Virus record (IMG/VR): IMGVR_UViG_3300030376_002240
Span: 1 to 31,264 of that record
DNA: 31,264 nt
Strand: one strand, 5' to 3'
Source: a virus
Taxonomy: Duplodnaviria; Caudoviricetes
In this document: piece by piece, positions 26,901 to 31,264 of the stretch
Position numbering within the stretch: position 1 is the first letter of the stretch
Layout: each line of letters opens with the position of its first letter
The notes under the pieces: model-generated
What the model was told of the DNA's origin: nothing
The model's database searches: none
The model's input: the letters and a program-made list of their open reading frames with translations, nothing else
Position numbers and translations under genes: made by a program

Positions 26901-29900
26901 AAGGATAACAAAGGTTAAAGAAGTAAGAGAATTACAAGAAAAAGGATTAATAGCTAAAACGGTTAAACCAGCATCGGGACCAAATCTTATTCAAAAGAAA
27001 AAACTCAGTATGAAAAAAGTTAAAGAGTTTTTTAATCCACCAGCAATAAATCCAAAAACAGGCGAAAAGAGTGGCTTGAGAGGTACTAGAAAAAGAGCGT
27101 TAGCAGAGGCTTTAGCAGAGGAGTTAGCACAAAACCAAACAGACGCAGTATTACAGAGTACTGATGTAATGAATAAAGTTAAAGAATTAAATACTTTATT
27201 TGAATACGATGATGTAAATAACTACGCGGCAGAAGTTGCTAGGCAAATGGATAGAGGCGCTAGAAACTCTGAAAGTTTAAATATGGCCGCTGAGGGCTTA
27301 GGTTTAGGAGACGCTGATGTACGTGGTATAATCACTATGGATGCTATTGAAATGGAAAATGAATACCTAGACATTTACAATGCTTTAAGAGAAGATTCTG
27401 CTGAAAAATACGAGGGTAGACAAGGCTTTATTGATAACGATGGTTTTAATAAAAGAGTTAAAGAAAGTATTAAAGATCCTGAGTTGCAAAAACTTTTAAA
27501 AGAAAAAGCGTATCAACTTCGTACTACAAAAGATGGTGTAAAAACATATAACGAGCAAGGAGCTAAAGATCATGTAAATAATTATAGTATACCACTGCTT
27601 GGGTTTATACCTGCTTGGATGGGACAAAGAGACTTTAGAATGCAAGATGCAAAACGTAGTAAACATATGTTTTTGCACAGAGCCGCTAAAATGGATAGTG
27701 CTAGGGGCGCTTTTGGAGGAGATCTTCAATTAAGATCACAAAATATTGGTAGGTGGAGAAATGCTTTGACTAACAAAATGGGCTTAGATAAAAACATGTC
27801 TAAGCAAACCAAAAAACTATGGGCTGAATTTAGAAAAGTCGAGGGAGATTTAGTTTTAATGGAGTCTACTATGACAGAGCCTGGAAGTGTGTTAAGAAGA
27901 GTTAAAGAGGTTCAAGCTATGAACAAAACTGCTAAAGAAAAAGCAGCTATACTTAGAAAAGAGTTTAATCCAAAAGCTTTAGCTGCCGCGCAGTTGTTGT
28001 TTAAAGCTTACAATTCTAGCAAGCAAGATTGGTTTAATTCTATGACCAAAGGTAAGAACCCTAAAATGACTAAAGCAGAGGCTGGTCTATATATTTATAG
28101 AGACAAACAGATGAACACTAATTTTAACAAAGGCGAAAGAGCTTTGGCGGCTTTAACTTCTGTTTATTTAGTTGATGGTGTTCAAAAAGTAACAAAACAA
28201 AAAGGCGAGCACATGACAGATTCGGCTTCTGTTTCTGCGTCTACATTTGTAAGTATATATAATGGAACTTTTTTACAAGATGCAGATACAATACTAAAAG
28301 GTTTTGAACAATCGCTTTTGCCAAAAGAAATAGCAGATAGATTAGATGATTTAGGTGGTCGTAACAGCCAGCTTGGTAATTATAGATTTTTAATGGATCC
28401 TAGTATAGGTAAAAATGTATATGATTTAGCCACAGGTAAGACAATGTACCAACTAGGTGTTGAGCAGCATGGTAAAGATCTAGCTAGGTCAATGGAGAAG
28501 ATTAATGATACTAGTAGAGCTAGTGAAAATCTAGGTAAATTTTACAAAGCGGAATCTTTCCGACTCGATCCTAATGCAAAACCAAAAGGTATTAGTGTTT
28601 TTGATTTTGATGAAACAGCTGGTATTAGCGATAATGTTATTATAGCAACTAAAAACGGTATTACAGAAACAATAGAATCAGCTGATTGGCCTTTAGTTGG
28701 TGATGCTATGGTTAAAGATGGTTGGAAAATGGATTTTTCAGATTTTAACAAAGTTACAAACGGAAGACCTGGACCGCTAATGCAAAAGTTAAAAAACCAA
28801 ATTAAAAAATATGGTAATAAAGCCGTGTTTATATTAACAGCTAGAGCCTCACAGAGTCAACAAGCAATACATGAATATTTAAAGAGTGAGGGTGTTGATT
28901 TACCACTAGAAAATATAACGGGCCTAGGGAATAGCACTGGTGAAGCTAAGGCTGATTGGATGATTGACAAACTAGCAGAAGGTTATAATGATTTTTATTT
29001 TGTTGATGACGCGATGCCAAATGTTAAGGCTGTTGATAATTTATTAAGTCAATTTGATGTTAAATCAAAATCTGTACAAGCAATGTCTAGAAATAGCGAA
29101 AGTCTTGGTAGGCAAGTTGACGAAATGATAGAGATTAACGAGGGAATTAAAGTCGATGTTGTTATAGATGAGGCAGAGGCAAGAACCCGTGGGGCTAGAA
29201 AAGGAAAAGGCGTTGGTGCTAGATTTTTTAACACGCCTGGTTCTAATGATTTCATGGGTTTAATGTATACGATAGCAAATGCAAAAGGTAAGCTCGGTGA
29301 AAATCAAATCGCGTTTTTTGAGGAAAACTTATACAAACCTTACAGAAGAGGTGTTGATAGGATAAACCAATTAAAACAAGGTATATCTAATAATTATAAA
29401 GCGCTATTGAAATCAGTACCTGACGCGGCTGGTAAGCTAAAAAAGATAGTTCCTGACACTAGTTTTACTTATGACACAGCAGTAAGAGTTTATTTGTTTG
29501 ATAAAGCTGGACATGAAATACCAGGTTTAAGCGCGGAAAATAAAGCCAAGCTAATAAAAGCCGTGGAAACAGATCAAGGTTTAATTGATCTAGCTAGTGG
29601 TGTTGCTGGTATTGTTAATAGTCCAGAGCTTTATATTAAACCTGATCAAAATTGGCTTGGAGATACTATATTATCTGATTTAGATAGTATAACTAATAAC
29701 GTGGGTAGAAAACAGCATATACAAGAATTTATTGAAAATAGAAAATTAATTTTTGGTGATTGGAAAAACGGTAAATTATCTAGCCCGATGATGAATAAGT
29801 TAGAAGCTCTTTACGGCCCTGATTACGTTGAAGCATTGAACGATATGATGTGGCGTATGGAAAATGGAAACGCAAGACCAAGTGGTTCTAATGCCCAAGT

Positions 29901-31188
29901 TAATAAATGGATGAATTGGCTTACTAATTCTATTGGTGCAATCATGTTTTTTAACACAAGATCTGCGTTACTACAAACCTTATCAACAGTTAACTTTGTA
30001 AATTGGGGAGATAATAATCCTATAAAAGCAGCGGCTGCATTTGCAAACCAAAAACAGTTTTGGAAAGATTTTACCACTATATTTAACTCTGATTTTCTTA
30101 AACAAAGAAGAGGAGGTTTAAAGCTCGATGTTAATGAGGCTGCTTTAGCTAAAGCTATAAACCAAGGTGGTAAAAGTAAAATTAAATCCGCTATAGATTA
30201 TTTATTAAGAATTGGATTTTTACCTACGCAAATGGCGGATAGTTTCGCTATCGCCGCTGGTGGTGCTACTTTTTTAAGAAATAGAGCTGAAACGTACGTT
30301 AAGCAAGGCATGTCTAAAACAGAAGCCGAAGCAAAAGCATTTCAAGATATGGTAGACGCTTCAGAACCAGTTCAGCAATCATCAGACCCATCGCTTATAT
30401 CTAAAGAACAGGCCAGTATTTTAGGTAGAATAGTTTTAGCATTTCAAAATGTTACAATGCAATATACTAGGCGTATGAAAAAATCTGTTATTGATTTAGC
30501 AAAAGGAAGGGGTGACGTTAAAACAAATATATCGAGAATTCTTTACTATGGAGCTGTTCAAAACTTTGTGTTCAACGCTCTTCAGTCAGCTTTATTTGCA
30601 GTGGCCTTTGACGATGAAGAGGAAAAGAAAACTTTAGCAAGAAGAGATAGAGTTGTAAATGGTATGGCTGACTCTATCTTAAGAGGTTTAGGTATACCTG
30701 GAGCGGTATTTGCAACTGGTAAAAACGCTATTATAGAATATGCAAAACAAAATAAAAAAGGTTGGAGTGGAGATCAAACTTACACCTTGTTACAATTATT
30801 AAATATTTCACCACCAGTTGGAAGTAAAGCTAGAAAGTTTTATGGCTCTACGCAGACAGAGAAATGGAATAAAAAAGTAATTCCAGAAATGTCCATGTGG
30901 GATATAAGTAACCCAAGGTATCAATCTATAGGTAACGCTGTAGAAGGTATAACTAATGTCCCTATGGGTAGAACTGTTAACAAGATAAATAACATTAAGC
31001 AAGCTTTAGACTCTGATCACCAAACATGGCAAAGAATAGCGATGATGTTGGGTTGGAACAGGTGGGACGTTGGCGTGAAAGACAGTGATGTATTAAAAAT
31101 AAAAGAGGAAGTTAAACGTAATAAGAAAATTAACAAAAAATCTAGTTATAAAAAACCTCAATTTTCAAAACCTAAATTTGGAAAGTAG
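23962..31188 (+). CDS. Giant multidomain (polyvalent) ejection / internal virion protein with zincin metalloprotease and HAD phosphatase domains
   Basis: 2408 aa. It has Gly/Ala hydrophobic stretches near the N-terminus (MLMAAAGPAGLAALAVTTAG, GIVGGLVGGATGGIG) and HEVLH at 25624-25638. HAD motifs are DFDET (28603-28617), ILTAR, K in GEAKADW and FVDD. The C-terminal ~700 aa are helical. It is the last and largest gene of the ejection block. Confidence 0.75.
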   Translation: MNEKYLQGLHKHLGIEDDFGTWVSAVKDNDDYLRGVHVNVGVSDDFETWKESVFGFDKLDYDDADLADKVVSIGASLGKDVLGKLEGFADIKDAAMFAAMTDDNEMTPEAKKVAMDAMKRANGWKSDPFEKMIEALDKKTIEYDEASILETFKEGDYAEGGFRAVEAGIASLPSMLMAAAGPAGLAALAVTTAGSKFEEEFEEDASRDATSLLVNAAGSGVIEAGFEFATRGLLKRAGLVARSGTEANVKLAKEILRGGAGSIVKNITGGIASEGASEAATELTSALWDQVSIGKKIDWERKWYEIADAGIVGGLVGGATGGIGEINKKSQKSKNLAYSILAGADTKAEIGDLQEKLSKLILDQKGTRKKADPKDNDGEYEKLQDMIMEVRADIVGAKERALQGLSEMNGEEFDIYFENVKKARPLNKIIKDKKKSKEAQAAAQKELDAINTENKAIVEDASNRKLEKNLKEAETRARQRGGKVTVHETQEQYIEAVSGVSAKKVLNKDGELDYTDEFKKAAREHRWSDGKILDGVSHINKQTARKLGSVSVGSHEVLHSIMDKYIRNEDGTVKDEGIELIDDMLDGMSKSDRATVQKRIDDNYRFNKDGTEKSKKDYYDEYLNVLHDAIVKKQITYNKNFDAIGGRFSGVFQRFGYGNIDLSTGKGLFNLIRTYTKAIETGESTADLDKIIEDSKGFAITNKKQGRKSINLGSENDGIPLNEKIDPLTQGAKTKEDLMKGGMNSPFSKIYQGILDGSFDRIFGTVSEEQRQIQRQDLADRFSGMTEEGGYDPALTPELSKWMFGGSGIAGNIEYTKRKAKKELAIDAAKRKREKSIDAKKPTKDGDAGFDIADTGTLTPEEALIKKEEQAKELEKKKVTFAASLGLGVELQNKIKAVIIKTFGTKLPAVTDAKYRNALSKAFREEIGKSIEEIFGIDKTYDEFIDKYFKGIIFPNLSNARLIQMERLLPKNEKIFVDKRRITKVKEVRELQEKGLIAKTVKPASGPNLIQKKKLSMKKVKEFFNPPAINPKTGEKSGLRGTRKRALAEALAEELAQNQTDAVLQSTDVMNKVKELNTLFEYDDVNNYAAEVARQMDRGARNSESLNMAAEGLGLGDADVRGIITMDAIEMENEYLDIYNALREDSAEKYEGRQGFIDNDGFNKRVKESIKDPELQKLLKEKAYQLRTTKDGVKTYNEQGAKDHVNNYSIPLLGFIPAWMGQRDFRMQDAKRSKHMFLHRAAKMDSARGAFGGDLQLRSQNIGRWRNALTNKMGLDKNMSKQTKKLWAEFRKVEGDLVLMESTMTEPGSVLRRVKEVQAMNKTAKEKAAILRKEFNPKALAAAQLLFKAYNSSKQDWFNSMTKGKNPKMTKAEAGLYIYRDKQMNTNFNKGERALAALTSVYLVDGVQKVTKQKGEHMTDSASVSASTFVSIYNGTFLQDADTILKGFEQSLLPKEIADRLDDLGGRNSQLGNYRFLMDPSIGKNVYDLATGKTMYQLGVEQHGKDLARSMEKINDTSRASENLGKFYKAESFRLDPNAKPKGISVFDFDETAGISDNVIIATKNGITETIESADWPLVGDAMVKDGWKMDFSDFNKVTNGRPGPLMQKLKNQIKKYGNKAVFILTARASQSQQAIHEYLKSEGVDLPLENITGLGNSTGEAKADWMIDKLAEGYNDFYFVDDAMPNVKAVDNLLSQFDVKSKSVQAMSRNSESLGRQVDEMIEINEGIKVDVVIDEAEARTRGARKGKGVGARFFNTPGSNDFMGLMYTIANAKGKLGENQIAFFEENLYKPYRRGVDRINQLKQGISNNYKALLKSVPDAAGKLKKIVPDTSFTYDTAVRVYLFDKAGHEIPGLSAENKAKLIKAVETDQGLIDLASGVAGIVNSPELYIKPDQNWLGDTILSDLDSITNNVGRKQHIQEFIENRKLIFGDWKNGKLSSPMMNKLEALYGPDYVEALNDMMWRMENGNARPSGSNAQVNKWMNWLTNSIGAIMFFNTRSALLQTLSTVNFVNWGDNNPIKAAAAFANQKQFWKDFTTIFNSDFLKQRRGGLKLDVNEAALAKAINQGGKSKIKSAIDYLLRIGFLPTQMADSFAIAAGGATFLRNRAETYVKQGMSKTEAEAKAFQDMVDASEPVQQSSDPSLISKEQASILGRIVLAFQNVTMQYTRRMKKSVIDLAKGRGDVKTNISRILYYGAVQNFVFNALQSALFAVAFDDEEEKKTLARRDRVVNGMADSILRGLGIPGAVFATGKNAIIEYAKQNKKGWSGDQTYTLLQLLNISPPVGSKARKFYGSTQTEKWNKKVIPEMSMWDISNPRYQSIGNAVEGITNVPMGRTVNKINNIKQALDSDHQTWQRIAMMLGWNRWDVGVKDSDVLKIKEEVKRNKKINKKSSYKKPQFSKPKFGK

Positions 31189-31226
31189 ATAGGTAAAGAA
31201 TTCAAAAAATAAGTGATAATAAAAAG

Positions 31227-31264
31227 ATGGTGAAAAGACTAATAATAATACTAACAATAATTTT
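31227..31264 (+). CDS. 5' end of the next gene; signal-peptide-like N-terminus (partial)
   Basis: ATG at 31227 follows an A-rich leader and reads MVKRLIIILTII, a basic n-region plus hydrophobic h-region, open to the window edge. Confidence 0.5.
   Translation, partial: MVKRLIIILTII

Noticed and set aside
28597-28620. DFDE read as the DFDID/DxDGD catalytic motif of a crAss-type virion RNA polymerase
   Set aside because: The sequence is DFDET (DxDxT) after a hydrophobic strand and is followed by HAD motifs II-IV, so it is a HAD motif I. The third Asp of the polymerase motif is missing.
56-31002. All other short minus-strand and alternative-frame ORFs in the supplied track (e.g. 56-247, 12872-13114, 14037-14489, 24429-24764, 26331-26675)
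   Set aside because: They lie wholly or almost wholly within long + strand genes, have shadow-like composition and show no recognisable motifs.
1-31264. Stop-codon reassignment (TAG or TGA) as in some crAss-like phages
   Set aside because: Genes up to 9.8 kb are uninterrupted in the standard code and tile the window. TAG (3682, 9405, 31188) and TGA (22096) act as ordinary ends.

Overview
The window is one continuous, gene-dense, AT-rich, + strand virion morphogenesis module from a podovirus-like tailed phage. It most likely belongs to the crAss-like / marine Flavobacteria (Cellulophaga-phage-type) assemblage. Gene order: terminase large subunit (5' truncated), portal, acidic scaffold-like protein, major capsid protein, a conserved capsid-adjacent protein, two tail ring/adaptor proteins, a giant 3261-aa tail nozzle/muzzle-like protein, two further tail-associated proteins, a GNAT-fold protein, and three putative ejection (internal virion) proteins of 293, 615 and 2408 aa. 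A signal-peptide-like ORF starts at the right edge. Start codons have A/T-rich leaders with no Shine-Dalgarno sequence, which fits a Bacteroidetes host, and the standard genetic code is used. The most interesting element is the 2408-aa protein. It has no recognisable RNA polymerase DxDxD motif. It reads instead as a modular cargo protein with a zincin HExxH protease, a possible sigma-factor-like segment, an unknown domain, an intact HAD phosphatase and a C-terminal helical domain. These modules are separated by four copies of a short R-x-S-[EI]-[SN]-L motif, which may be self-processing sites of an injected polyprotein. No rRNA, tRNA, CRISPR array or mobile element was seen. All product calls come from motif recognition and synteny, not from database searches.
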